The notes: generated by a model not told the origin, from the letters alone. A DNA stretch of 64,000 nucleotides from a bacterium (GCA_030431715.1 JAUIIO010000004.1:977-64976), one strand, 5' to 3'. Positions 48,986-58,773 are shown, counted from the first letter of the stretch. Made by a program: numbers and translations.

Positions 48986-50266
48986 TTACTTTGCGCCGAG
49001 GTCGAGTGTCGCAAACTGAGGGCAATAGTCCGGAGCGAAACGCTGGGCCCTGTTAATTCGCATAGTTACGCCCTGAAATTCCCAGACACGATCTTTCTCA
49101 GGTGTGACTTCAAAGACTCGGCCTTTGGTGTCTTCAGAGATGAGAGTGTTTCCATTTGGTAATCGAGTGGCAGCTCCTGCCACAGAGCTACTAAACTTTT
49201 TACCGACGTCATAGACCCAAGTAAGCTTCTTATCCGGCGGGGCAATCTCAAGAATACGAGACTCTTTCATTGAGCGACCGTTATCAAAGAGGAGGATATC
49301 ACCTGCCCCGTTAAGGCCCTTTGGTATCATGTACGGGTCATGGCCTCCGCTTATGCCGCCTTTGTAATCACCGCGATAGCTCCACACAACTTTCTTCGTG
49401 TCCCTATCGATAATCATCGCTGTCCACCAGTTACGAGCGAAGACTAAAATATTACCCGGCTTAAAACGGGTATCTCCAGCATCATACCATTTGTTTTCTG
49501 GGAGTGGTGACGCTGTGTTCATATGGGTCCAATCAAGTCGTCTCTTACCATCGATCTTACGCGATCGTAATTCGCTGCACGGTCGTGGTCCGCACGAATT
49601 AAGATCAAGATGCTCGTGAGCTGCCCACGACCATACGATCTCTTTTTCAGGCGAGATCTCAACTACAACATCTGAGCGGATATTGGTCCCACGAATTTTG
49701 GGGTCTTTGATCTTTTCTTTCAGAATGGCCGGAACATCTGTTAAGTACAGCGTAAGAATATTGCCATTTGGAAGTTTTCGGATGTCGTGATGAACGGGCT
49801 CTGGGAGTTCGTATTCCCAGACGACGTCCCCTTCCCAACTATACTCGCGAATAATGTTACGCATGCTTGCCCACGGTTCATGATCAATTCCCCACTTTGA
49901 ACCGTGAATGACTAACAGGTTGCCGTTCGGCAAGAGTCGCGCACGATCGGCGTCAACTGGCCATTTGTGTACGGTCTCTCCTTTCATATTTAAGAGCAGT
50001 ACTTCTGCCGTTCCACTTGTAGGATAGATGGTAAAGCCCGGAAATGCCTTGTCGGTGTAAATGGTAAGCCCCTTTCCGGTGTTCCCCGAGGAGGCGTCAG
50101 AGGCGCTCTTTTTTTTAGCTTTTGACGTTACTTCATTTTGTTTTAGGAGGGCTTTCTTAGAGGACGTGGGTTGCTGTACCTCTCGTAAAACAAGGAAGAG
50201 CATCGCACCAATTGCCAGCGCAATTATAAGTAGTCCTTCTGTGATGGTTCTGCTACGTGACTTCAT
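48986..50266 (-). CDS. Arylsulfotransferase (ASST)-family beta-propeller protein, membrane anchored
   Basis: HHD, DWTHMN, GGHD, LLFDNG, RLPNGNTLI; N-terminal TM. Confidence 0.85.
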   Translation of the reverse strand: MKSRSRTITEGLLIIALAIGAMLFLVLREVQQPTSSKKALLKQNEVTSKAKKKSASDASSGNTGKGLTIYTDKAFPGFTIYPTSGTAEVLLLNMKGETVHKWPVDADRARLLPNGNLLVIHGSKWGIDHEPWASMRNIIREYSWEGDVVWEYELPEPVHHDIRKLPNGNILTLYLTDVPAILKEKIKDPKIRGTNIRSDVVVEISPEKEIVWSWAAHEHLDLNSCGPRPCSELRSRKIDGKRRLDWTHMNTASPLPENKWYDAGDTRFKPGNILVFARNWWTAMIIDRDTKKVVWSYRGDYKGGISGGHDPYMIPKGLNGAGDILLFDNGRSMKESRILEIAPPDKKLTWVYDVGKKFSSSVAGAATRLPNGNTLISEDTKGRVFEVTPEKDRVWEFQGVTMRINRAQRFAPDYCPQFATLDLGAK

Positions 50267-50446
50267 GGTGGCGCAGTATAGGATCTTTCAGGGATGCTGT
50301 CATCGCCTTCTCCAGGGGCTCTTGCTGATTTATGTTGATATACGATATACGAGTTGTGTACGTGGTGACTCATTTAGGGGATTGCCGCGTCGTTTGACCT
50401 GATGCTCTCATCGCCACGCAATGACGAGAGCGGATTATAGTATTTT

Positions 50447-51703
50447 ATGAACCGTACCCTTAAACTTGCTCTTGAGCTTCTCACATGCCTTTTATTGGCC
50501 GCTGCCCTCCTTTACTTTGTTCCCTCTCAAAGTATAAAGAGCGCCCCTGAAATACCTGCGGCGCATAAAGTGCCTCAGAAGACAGAAGAGAGAGCGAAGA
50601 CTCAGCCCAAAGAAGCCACTAAGGGTCATCTCGTAAGCTCTGATAAGAGAGCGTGGCCCGGTTTTACACTTATGCCTGAATCAGGCTCAGCCACGGTAAA
50701 GCTGGTGAATATGTCAGGAGACATAGTTCACAAGTGGAATTTTGATGCCGCCAGAGCCAGATTGCTTCCGAACTGTAATCTGTTGGTAGTACACGGTACG
50801 AAATGGGGATGGGGCACTGAGTACTGGAGCGAACAGAGAAAGTACGTCAGGGAATTTGATTGGGACGGGCAGGTTGTTTGGGAGTATACAGTACCAGGGC
50901 CCGCGCACCACGATGTTCACAGGCTTAAGAACGGTAATACACTCTTACAGTACCGCTCAATCGTACCTGAAGAGTTTCGGCGTACAATTAAGGACGAAAA
51001 AAAGCGAAATGCCCGGATTCGAACAGATATCATACGTGAAGTTACGCCTGAGGGTGAAATCGAATGGGAATGGGCTTCGCATGAGCATCTTGATTTAAAC
51101 TCATGTGGTGCTCACCCCTGTCATAAGACCTCAAAGAGTATTGCGAGTGGGAAGCGTACCTTTGATTGGACTCATAACAATACGGTAAACCCCTTACCGC
51201 AAAATAAGTGGTTTACAAGTGGTGATACTCGATTTAAGCCGGGCAATTTGCTGCTCATGCCTAGAAGCTGGTCTCAAAGCCTGTTGGTAAGTAAAGATAG
51301 TGGTGCAGTTGTGTGGGACTATCACGGTGACTTTGAAGGAGGGCTCTCAGGTGGTCATGAGGTGCATATGATTCCTGAAGGATTTCCGGGAGCCGGTAAT
51401 ATCCTTGTCTTTGATAACGGGAGAACAAGGCAGCGCTCAGCTGTACTCGAAATAAATCCTACTACAAAAGAGGTCGTATGGTCTTACGAGAATGGGAAAT
51501 CGTTCTTTAGTCAGGCCGCAGGTTCTGTGCAGCGGTTCCCGGGTGGAAACACGCTAATCTCTGAGGATGTCCCCGGGAGGGTGTTTGAAGTTACTCCTGA
51601 TAAAGAGGTTGTCTGGAGCTATCAGGCGCCTATGAGGACAGCTAGAGCACATCGATATGCCCCTGATCATTGCGCTAAGCTATCGGAATTAGACCTTTTT
51701 TAG
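50447..51703 (+). CDS. Arylsulfotransferase (ASST)-family protein, paralog
   Basis: HHD, DWTHNN, GGHE, LVFDNG, RFPGGNTLI; N-terminal TM. Confidence 0.85.
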   Translation: MNRTLKLALELLTCLLLAAALLYFVPSQSIKSAPEIPAAHKVPQKTEERAKTQPKEATKGHLVSSDKRAWPGFTLMPESGSATVKLVNMSGDIVHKWNFDAARARLLPNCNLLVVHGTKWGWGTEYWSEQRKYVREFDWDGQVVWEYTVPGPAHHDVHRLKNGNTLLQYRSIVPEEFRRTIKDEKKRNARIRTDIIREVTPEGEIEWEWASHEHLDLNSCGAHPCHKTSKSIASGKRTFDWTHNNTVNPLPQNKWFTSGDTRFKPGNLLLMPRSWSQSLLVSKDSGAVVWDYHGDFEGGLSGGHEVHMIPEGFPGAGNILVFDNGRTRQRSAVLEINPTTKEVVWSYENGKSFFSQAAGSVQRFPGGNTLISEDVPGRVFEVTPDKEVVWSYQAPMRTARAHRYAPDHCAKLSELDLF

Positions 51704-51824
51704 AAAAGTTCCCCTGCTTGTTGCTGTTTATGCCAAAATCAGCTCCAATATATCCACGAATGGACAATACATGTATCTACTGCGTCCTTGGCGTCGTAGA
51801 GAAAATGATGAGGAGTGAAAGACT

Positions 51825-52049
51825 ATGTCAGATAAAGATGAAGTACTCGTAGTAGTATCAAAACTTAAAAACTACGTTAAAAGTACAGCAGGAATGAATA
51901 CTTCCGGTAATGTTCCGGCAAAGGTTTCTGAGATTATCCGTACTATGTGTGCTGATGCTATTGAGCAGGCCAAAAAGGACGGAAGAAAGACCCTTATGGA
52001 TAGGGATTTCTCAGCTAGCTGTGCCCCTAAGACACCAGAGGGAATGTAG
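51825..52049 (+). CDS. Bacterial histone (Bd0055/HBb-like single histone fold)
   Basis: EVLVVVSKLKNYVK...GMNTS...AKKDGRKTLMDRDF; strong SD gaggag. Confidence 0.9.
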   Translation: MSDKDEVLVVVSKLKNYVKSTAGMNTSGNVPAKVSEIIRTMCADAIEQAKKDGRKTLMDRDFSASCAPKTPEGM

Positions 52050-52176
52050 TTATTAGGGGAGATAATCCCTGAATGCTTACACGTATCCCGGCTCTGGGCT
52101 TTTCCGGAAGCCGGGAATGTTGTCATCTCTAAGCGTGTTGTATGCCTGTAGTTCCATCTCATATCGGTTCTGAGCG

Positions 52177-52764
52177 ATGTCACAGAGTGTAGACCCTCAC
52201 GACAAGCAGGTGTTTACCACTGGTGATGTAGCGAAGTTTACCCACACTGCCCCGCGAACAGTTAGTAAATGGGTAGATAGCGGCTTACTTAGCGGCTACC
52301 GCGTTCCGGGCTCACAAGATAGACGCATACCACGCGATCCCCTACTCGATTTTTTAATTGAGCATAATATCCCGCTCGGTCGTCTTCAGAAGAAAGTCCT
52401 CTTTCTTTCAACTGACGAAGCGCTCATAGATTCCCTTACTGAGCGTTGTAGGCCTTTAAAGCATCCTCCTGTTACGAATATAAAGCAGAGTTCCTTCGGT
52501 GCGGGCATGGCCTTTCAAACGTTAAAGCCAGATTGTTTCGTTATTGATCTGGGAACGGTGTCCGTTTCTGTGGCTGAAACTATTCTTGTAGCGTTCGGGA
52601 ATTCTCAGAATCCCCCCTACTCAATTGCTCTTCTTCCAGATGGCATTACCGCAGAAGAGCTTGATGATACTTTGCAAGTAGATCAAATATTTGAACGCCC
52701 CTTTGATCCAGAGCTACTGAGCGAAACAATCCTTTCGCAAGTTGTCGTCAGCTCTGATTTTTAG
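52177..52764 (+). CDS. Excisionase-type HTH (HTH_17/MerR-like) fused to an atypical receiver domain
   Basis: VFTTGDVAK...APRTVSKWVDSGLLSGYRVPGSQDRRIP; PDCFVID; ERPFD. Confidence 0.85.
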   Translation: MSQSVDPHDKQVFTTGDVAKFTHTAPRTVSKWVDSGLLSGYRVPGSQDRRIPRDPLLDFLIEHNIPLGRLQKKVLFLSTDEALIDSLTERCRPLKHPPVTNIKQSSFGAGMAFQTLKPDCFVIDLGTVSVSVAETILVAFGNSQNPPYSIALLPDGITAEELDDTLQVDQIFERPFDPELLSETILSQVVVSSDF

Positions 52765-54944
52765 AGCTTGACCTTATTTTTCAGATTTGTGCTGGTTGTG
52801 CTGCTACGTTTCTTTTTCTTCGCATCCTTCTCAGCGTTTTCTTCTTCACTCACAGGTGCCTTAAAAGCATTCACAACGCCTCTACGGAAGCGAGCTCCAA
52901 GGCCTTCTGAGGCGCCAAGTTTAAATGGGCCCGAATCTTCTTTCGCCTGCTGACTTGCCTGTGGGGCGCTCTCTTGTGCAGGTTTTGCGAGAGAGAAGCC
53001 AGTTGATGAGGTCGATCCACTTGAAGCTGAGTGCTGCGAAGTTGTTTGAGCATGTTGTGGCTGTTGTTGAGGAGGAGGTGGTGGTGGCGCTTTTCTTAGC
53101 GGCTTCTTGTCTGGGGCAAAGCGAGGAGAGGTTTCCTGCTGCTCCTGATTTAAGATTCTCTCATCTACCCAGCTTGCAAGCCCAATACCGTCTTTTTCAA
53201 ATTTCTCAAGGTGAGTGATAAACTCTCTGCCCTCCCAAGAATCGGGAAGGTCGGCGTTAAACCAAAAGGCACGACCTTTTACAATTCGGCCATCGCCAGT
53301 ATCAAACCAAGCGAGACCTTTCTCCGCTGACATTTCGTGTTTGAGTTCGTCAGCGCTTACCAGATCTTCTTCATCCTCAGAGATATTAACACTCTGCGAT
53401 TCTCGGTTCATTGTGGAACCTGCCGTGGTCATGCCGGCTAATCCCGGAGTAGAGATCCCGGCAGCTACAGATTTCTTGGTGGTAGCGACTTTACCAAACC
53501 ACTTGGCCATATCTTCAGCAGTACGGTTATCACCGACTCGCATCATGACTTTTAAGTTTACGTTCGCCATTACCCGTTCATAGAATGCTTCACTCAAGCC
53601 AACGGACTGATCGGTAAGACCACCAGTTGATTGCGCTCCAAAGATAAGAGCAAAACGACCTTTTCGCGCGAGTTCAAAAAGGTTCGCCCACGTTGGGCCA
53701 AAGGTTGATGCTCCCTCATCGATAACGACAGGGTGTGGATCTTCAAGATGAAGGTGACGTGAAGAAGTTATCTCACCAATTGATACTTCGAGATCTTCGC
53801 GGAAGAGCTTCACCATTCGAGCCGCACTCTCAGCTTCCTCAAGACGAGGCAGCATAAAGTAAATAATCTTTCCACGCATAATGGCATCTGTAAGAACAAG
53901 ATCGGTGTATTCCGTACAGAAAACCGACCCCATTTCACTCCCCGAAATAGCATGTAGCTCAGAAGAGATACCACGCAGGTTGTCAGTAATCCTAGCGGTA
54001 TCAAGTGATCCTTTAGCCGTACGGTAACTTGAAGCGAGGTGGCCAAGCTCAACCATCGCTTTCTTAGCTCCTATTTTATGGAGCATATTTCGTAGCTGAG
54101 GGTATGCGAGCTTAAAAGCCGAGAGCGCAACAGCTATATCCTGTATAGTCCATGTAACTCCAAAGCTCTCCATGGCACGGACAAGGCGATAGATAGAATC
54201 AGCAGCGAGACGATCGTAGTGCTTGGTTGTGCTCTGGTCGGAAGTAGGCGGAAGACCTGCACGAAGAACCTTCCGAGCTTTTACATCAGCTCTCTGGTTT
54301 GTCATTACAAAGTTGTAAGCATGAAGCGGATCAAAGGGGTCTACAACAACGAGGTCTTCTATACGACCAGTTATAAGCGCCATAAGAATAATATGCGCAA
54401 GTGTAGCCGAATCACGCTTGGCATCGATAAAGGTACAACCACTGGCTCGTCCACGAGCCATCTGTTGAAACATAAGAGATTCAAGCCAGAGAGTTTTCCC
54501 CACCCCGGTCTTTGCAAATACGCACGCGTGGCTACAGAGATCCTCATCGCCAATCCACAGAGGAGCACCGGTATCTAGCTCAAAGCCTACTAGATAACGG
54601 TCTATCATGTTTTTGCCGCGGGCCTGCGCTTCCTGAAGTGCTTCAGTAAAGCAGTCTCTCTCAGGAGGAGATCCGAGTACTTTCTTTCCGCCTCGAAAAG
54701 CGCTCTCTGAAGAACGTTCGCGTTCTAGCCAAAACTGCTCGGCTAAGATCTTACCTTGTTGAAGAAAGGAGAATGCTGGCAGGCCAGCCAGAGCGGCAAG
54801 AAGCGTTGGATCCAGTCCGGCAGCTAGCGGTGAGGCCGCAACCCCGAGCGCACCGAGAGAGTAGAGAGAGCTTGAAAGAAGCGCCTTTTTTCGCTCTTCC
54901 TCCCTCATAAACTCAAAATTTGAAGACTTATATTGCCGTGCCAT
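52761..54944 (-). CDS. Type IV coupling protein (TraD/VirD4/DotL-like ATPase)
   Basis: H..VFAKTGVGKT (Walker A), FIDAKRD, YNF, VVIDEG (Walker B), ARKGR..L.FGAQS, RVGDNRTAE; low-complexity C-tail. Confidence 0.88.
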   Translation of the reverse strand: MARQYKSSNFEFMREEERKKALLSSSLYSLGALGVAASPLAAGLDPTLLAALAGLPAFSFLQQGKILAEQFWLERERSSESAFRGGKKVLGSPPERDCFTEALQEAQARGKNMIDRYLVGFELDTGAPLWIGDEDLCSHACVFAKTGVGKTLWLESLMFQQMARGRASGCTFIDAKRDSATLAHIILMALITGRIEDLVVVDPFDPLHAYNFVMTNQRADVKARKVLRAGLPPTSDQSTTKHYDRLAADSIYRLVRAMESFGVTWTIQDIAVALSAFKLAYPQLRNMLHKIGAKKAMVELGHLASSYRTAKGSLDTARITDNLRGISSELHAISGSEMGSVFCTEYTDLVLTDAIMRGKIIYFMLPRLEEAESAARMVKLFREDLEVSIGEITSSRHLHLEDPHPVVIDEGASTFGPTWANLFELARKGRFALIFGAQSTGGLTDQSVGLSEAFYERVMANVNLKVMMRVGDNRTAEDMAKWFGKVATTKKSVAAGISTPGLAGMTTAGSTMNRESQSVNISEDEEDLVSADELKHEMSAEKGLAWFDTGDGRIVKGRAFWFNADLPDSWEGREFITHLEKFEKDGIGLASWVDERILNQEQQETSPRFAPDKKPLRKAPPPPPPQQQPQHAQTTSQHSASSGSTSSTGFSLAKPAQESAPQASQQAKEDSGPFKLGASEGLGARFRRGVVNAFKAPVSEEENAEKDAKKKKRSSTTSTNLKNKVKL

Positions 54945-54961
54945 ACGTTCCTTTGTCTGCC

Positions 54962-56962
54962 TTAACGAAATGCCATCTGAATATCATCTTGGAGATCATC
55001 AGTGATACCGTGCAGTAAATTATTAAAATGTTCTTGAGTTTCAGCCATATTAGCAAATGAAACAGAAGAAAATTCGTCTGTCCATCCACGCCCCAGTCTT
55101 TCAGCAATCCGAGAGCCTCGAAGTGGAACAATACTGCTCTGACCGGCAAGAGCGAGTTCATTTTGAGCGATGCCACTCGTTGGATTATGGAGCACTGCGA
55201 AGATAACAGAACTTTCTGGTACCGTGTAATCCCCTACTCTCCGTGCTAACCAACCATAGGTGTAAAGTACTATTCGAAACGCTGACCACTGTCTGAGATC
55301 TCTTTCGTCAAGTTGATGTAGCTCTGCGAGAGTCTGTCTCTCGTCTTTTGTGAGCGGAGCGAAAATCTTTTCGTATTCTGGAACACCACTTTTGATAGAG
55401 TCTGACATGGACTCGGCTTCAAGAGCGAGCTTTTGTTGCTCGGTGTACACATATTGGGCGAGCTCGGTGAGGCGTTTAAAATATTCTGCCGGTATGACTT
55501 TGCGCGCCACCTGCATAAGAGCCGTTACCGGCAAAAGGAGAAGGCCACCCGGAGTAATGTGGATCTGGTCTGGAAACTGAGAATCGAGTTCATGAACGGC
55601 AACGGTAAAAGCCTGTTTCCATAATTCGTGGCATTCATAGGTTAGAGCAAAAAGTTCGAGATCGTGAGTGGTATAAAGAATTTTAGCAGGTTGTTCGAGT
55701 AAAAGTTCAACCCATTGTCTGAGAGCTCGACTCTCAAGCGAGAGATCTGTCGCGAAACGTACAGGACCAAATACACTACTTCTTGAGGCATATATGAGGG
55801 CACGACGAATCGTTTTTCTTTGCTCAAAATCATATTCTCTTGCAAACGATGGAATAGAATGGAGGATGGCTCTTGCAGAAAGCTGTGGATAATTTGATTT
55901 TTGTATCCACCTTCCCCCTTCATCAGCATAACTTAAAACCTTGCCAGCCTGATAGGCCAGCAGCGTTGTAAAGATCATCTGCGGCGAGAGTGAGGCGATC
56001 GATTTCCGGAAAGATTCAGGAAGGCTCTGATGCATTGCCCGGTGCATTATATCCATATAGCTAGAAATGCTAAATGGTTCGGGGAGCTTCTCATGAGCAA
56101 GAATTCCCGCTGGTCCTTCAGCGCCAGAGCGATAACGATTATAGAGATCATGTGCTCGGGTAAGTAGTAAGTGAGACACGTCGGCAAGGGAGGCGTCTCC
56201 TGTAGGTGGCACCGTTGTCATTGACGGCGGGGCGGCAAATGCAGGTATATGATTCGCAGCAAGAAGAGCAGCGCAGAGTGTTACGTTCGTTTCATTCGCA
56301 GCCCCAGTCTTTTCAAGAAACTGCCCAAGTGAGGAACTCATGACTTCATCTCTTCCAACGAGTGCAGGACAGGCAAGTCCTACGACTTGAAAGTCCGGGG
56401 CTCCAAGAGAGTTTAGGTTTCTAAGACCAGCTTGGATTCCACTAAAATATGAACGACCGTTGCCTGTTTGCCCCAGAACGTCATCAGTGTTCTCATAAGG
56501 TTGATAGCGGCGCCTAGCGAGTAAGATGGCCAGAAGTGAAGTAAAGAGCCAGAGTCTTCCGGCGGCAAGTACGAGAAATGAAACTCGTAAAAACATAAAT
56601 TTGAAAGAGCCGAGCAGCCAGCTAAAGCCACCTCGACCGAGTGCCGCGAGATAAATTGATTCTGAAAAGTTATTGAAGGCGCGGACCTCTCCTATGGTAC
56701 CGTGTGCCTCAAGCCACGCACGGTAATCACGTTGCGTGACAACGAGCTCATGTAAGACAGGATTTCGCGATCTGATAAGTTGATTTTCAACTGCTGAGAA
56801 ATTTATTGAGGCTGGGCGAAAGGGAAGAATTGCCAGTGAGAGAATAAAGAGGACATACCCGGCTAAGAACACCAAGAACACAGGCCATAAAAACCTCGTC
56901 CAAAAACGTCGCTGGAGCCTAGCCAGCTCCTGAGTATGTGTACGTGATATTGAATCCGACAC
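54962..56962 (-). CDS. Membrane protein co-transcribed with the T4CP (putative DotM/IcmP-like partner)
   Basis: N-terminal TM segments, ~500-aa helical cytoplasmic domain; ends 17 nt before the T4CP start. Confidence 0.6.
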   Translation of the reverse strand: MSDSISRTHTQELARLQRRFWTRFLWPVFLVFLAGYVLFILSLAILPFRPASINFSAVENQLIRSRNPVLHELVVTQRDYRAWLEAHGTIGEVRAFNNFSESIYLAALGRGGFSWLLGSFKFMFLRVSFLVLAAGRLWLFTSLLAILLARRRYQPYENTDDVLGQTGNGRSYFSGIQAGLRNLNSLGAPDFQVVGLACPALVGRDEVMSSSLGQFLEKTGAANETNVTLCAALLAANHIPAFAAPPSMTTVPPTGDASLADVSHLLLTRAHDLYNRYRSGAEGPAGILAHEKLPEPFSISSYMDIMHRAMHQSLPESFRKSIASLSPQMIFTTLLAYQAGKVLSYADEGGRWIQKSNYPQLSARAILHSIPSFAREYDFEQRKTIRRALIYASRSSVFGPVRFATDLSLESRALRQWVELLLEQPAKILYTTHDLELFALTYECHELWKQAFTVAVHELDSQFPDQIHITPGGLLLLPVTALMQVARKVIPAEYFKRLTELAQYVYTEQQKLALEAESMSDSIKSGVPEYEKIFAPLTKDERQTLAELHQLDERDLRQWSAFRIVLYTYGWLARRVGDYTVPESSVIFAVLHNPTSGIAQNELALAGQSSIVPLRGSRIAERLGRGWTDEFSSVSFANMAETQEHFNNLLHGITDDLQDDIQMAFR

Positions 56963-57264
56963 GTTTTAAAACCTCATAAACAAAGGGATACTGTAGCATG
57001 TTATAGGCGTTTTCAACATAAGAGTAACGCAAGGAGTGCCGGCAATTTGTAAGTCTTTGTCCCCTGCCCAGTCCCCAGACGAAATTCATGCCGTATTTTG
57101 TGAAAATAATTCGCAGAAGAACGCTTTTCTAAGTACCTAAAAACACTAAATTTCGAGAATCTAGACGTTTTTCTGTGCGTGTAGGGTAACCATTTATTAA
57201 CCGCTACCCATAACAGTAGTGAAAGACATTTCGGAACGCCCGAAATTTAACTTGTAGAGGTTTT

Positions 57265-57636
57265 ATGATGAATACGAGCCGTTTCTTAAAGGGAGCCACG
57301 CTTAGCCTGATATGTCTGCTAACACTCCATAGCAGTTGCTTTGCTCAGGAGAGTAGTTCAGCAGTTCCAGTAGCTCGCGCAGAAGGTGCCACTCTTTCCA
57401 GAGCCGTAGGTCACTACGCCAGAGCACGAACGCTTCTTGTTGCCGCAATAAGAGAATTTGATCAAGCAAATCAGATGGTTAATCCAGATGCGCTTCTCGA
57501 CGCGGATGCATGGCGCAAATCACTCCTTGAACGCACAGAAGATCTTGAACGGATTCTCGATCCACAGCCACGGGTATCGGCTGCTGGTGTCAGATTTAAT
57601 GAAGAACCTTCAATGCTAGGTGAAGCAAGGAAGTGA
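57265..57636 (+). CDS. Exported helical protein, first gene of the T4SS operon
   Basis: Signal peptide ending CFA-QE; amphipathic helices. Confidence 0.75.
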   Translation: MMNTSRFLKGATLSLICLLTLHSSCFAQESSSAVPVARAEGATLSRAVGHYARARTLLVAAIREFDQANQMVNPDALLDADAWRKSLLERTEDLERILDPQPRVSAAGVRFNEEPSMLGEARK

Positions 57637-57667
57637 TGAATGCGGAAAAGTACTATAGGAGTACAGG

Positions 57668-58066
57668 ATGGATAATGGCGATGTGATACCGGGACTTGGT
57701 GAGAAGTGGAGCTTTATGGGCGCCACCGCCATGGAATGGATCTCAGGAGCCAGTATGGGGATCCTTATGCAAGAGTTTGTCTTTGGGGGAGGCTCCAAGA
57801 CCGTTCCTCTCTTGCTTGCTGTACTTCTGGCCACCACCTTCGGATTGGCGGGAGCACGTAAGAAGTTTCCGGATGAAGAAAAAGGTGTCGCAAACGCTCT
57901 GATGGTAAAGATGGGGGTCTTTCCACCACGAATGCCAGCGCCAGCGGAACTCCAACCGATCTGGAGCGGGGCGCCACTAAGAGAGTTGGATTCGGAAAGA
58001 GAATTTCGAGAGCTACGGCTTGATGAAATGTTTGAATTAGATAGCACGCTCGATGAAGAGCAATAA
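57668..58066 (+). CDS. TraL/VirB3-like small membrane protein
   Basis: Two TM segments, IPGLGEKWSFMG; position directly before traE. Confidence 0.6.
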   Translation: MDNGDVIPGLGEKWSFMGATAMEWISGASMGILMQEFVFGGGSKTVPLLLAVLLATTFGLAGARKKFPDEEKGVANALMVKMGVFPPRMPAPAELQPIWSGAPLRELDSEREFRELRLDEMFELDSTLDEEQ

Positions 58067-58103
58067 GTTTTGTTAGCGGTTTTATCTTTAAAGGGTTTAG
58101 AAA

Positions 58104-58742
58104 ATGAATGTAGCCGATCTCATTAAGAGTACTGCAGGAGCAGAAACAAGAGAAAAAGCAGATACATTTAAGATCTGGGAAAACTATCGTGAACAGGCCA
58201 CGATGTGGCGAATTTTAGCGCTTCTTCAACTGGCGACCACCCCTCTCCTTCTTATCCTGTGTATTTTTATCTACTCAACCAGAAGTGTCACCTTACATGT
58301 TCCGGCGAAACCACTTCCCGGCCACTACCGCACAACTGAGATTCCCAAAAGTCTGTTTGTATCAAAAGCTACTGAGTTCATAAATCTTGTAGCCTCTTAT
58401 CAGCCTCGAACAGCGGAGAGACAATTTCATGCTGCTGCAGAGATGGTTGATGGCTCGTATCTTGAAAAGTTTGAGGAAGAGTCTCTCGGGCTAGAGCTTC
58501 GTGCCATTGAGAATACAGCGAGAACTCAGATCTATTTTATCGACCCGACACGCACCAACGTTGAATACAAGAGTGGTCATGTGTTTGTCACCTTTTATGG
58601 CGCACGAGCAAAGTACATCGCTGGACGCGAGATGCCATCAGTTGAAACCAAGTTTGTAGTGACGATGAAAACAGTACCACGCCAGAACGTAAATCGTTAC
58701 GGGATAGTGATTACAGATTTTGCAACGGAAAACATTGCATAA
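58104..58742 (+). CDS. traE: TraE/VirB8-like T4SS inner-membrane protein
   Basis: One TM segment, then NTF2-like pattern (FINLVASYQP, QIYF, VTFYG, NRYGIVITDF). Confidence 0.7.
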   Translation: MNVADLIKSTAGAETREKADTFKIWENYREQATMWRILALLQLATTPLLLILCIFIYSTRSVTLHVPAKPLPGHYRTTEIPKSLFVSKATEFINLVASYQPRTAERQFHAAAEMVDGSYLEKFEEESLGLELRAIENTARTQIYFIDPTRTNVEYKSGHVFVTFYGARAKYIAGREMPSVETKFVVTMKTVPRQNVNRYGIVITDFATENIA

Positions 58743-58773
58743 GGGGATTTTAGGAGATTTGAGGAGCAGTACT

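Noticed and set aside
56963-57264. sigma54 promoter or oriT in the T4SS divergent spacer
   Set aside because: GG/GC spacing or the -12 element does not fit; only short hairpins are present, with no recognisable nic site.
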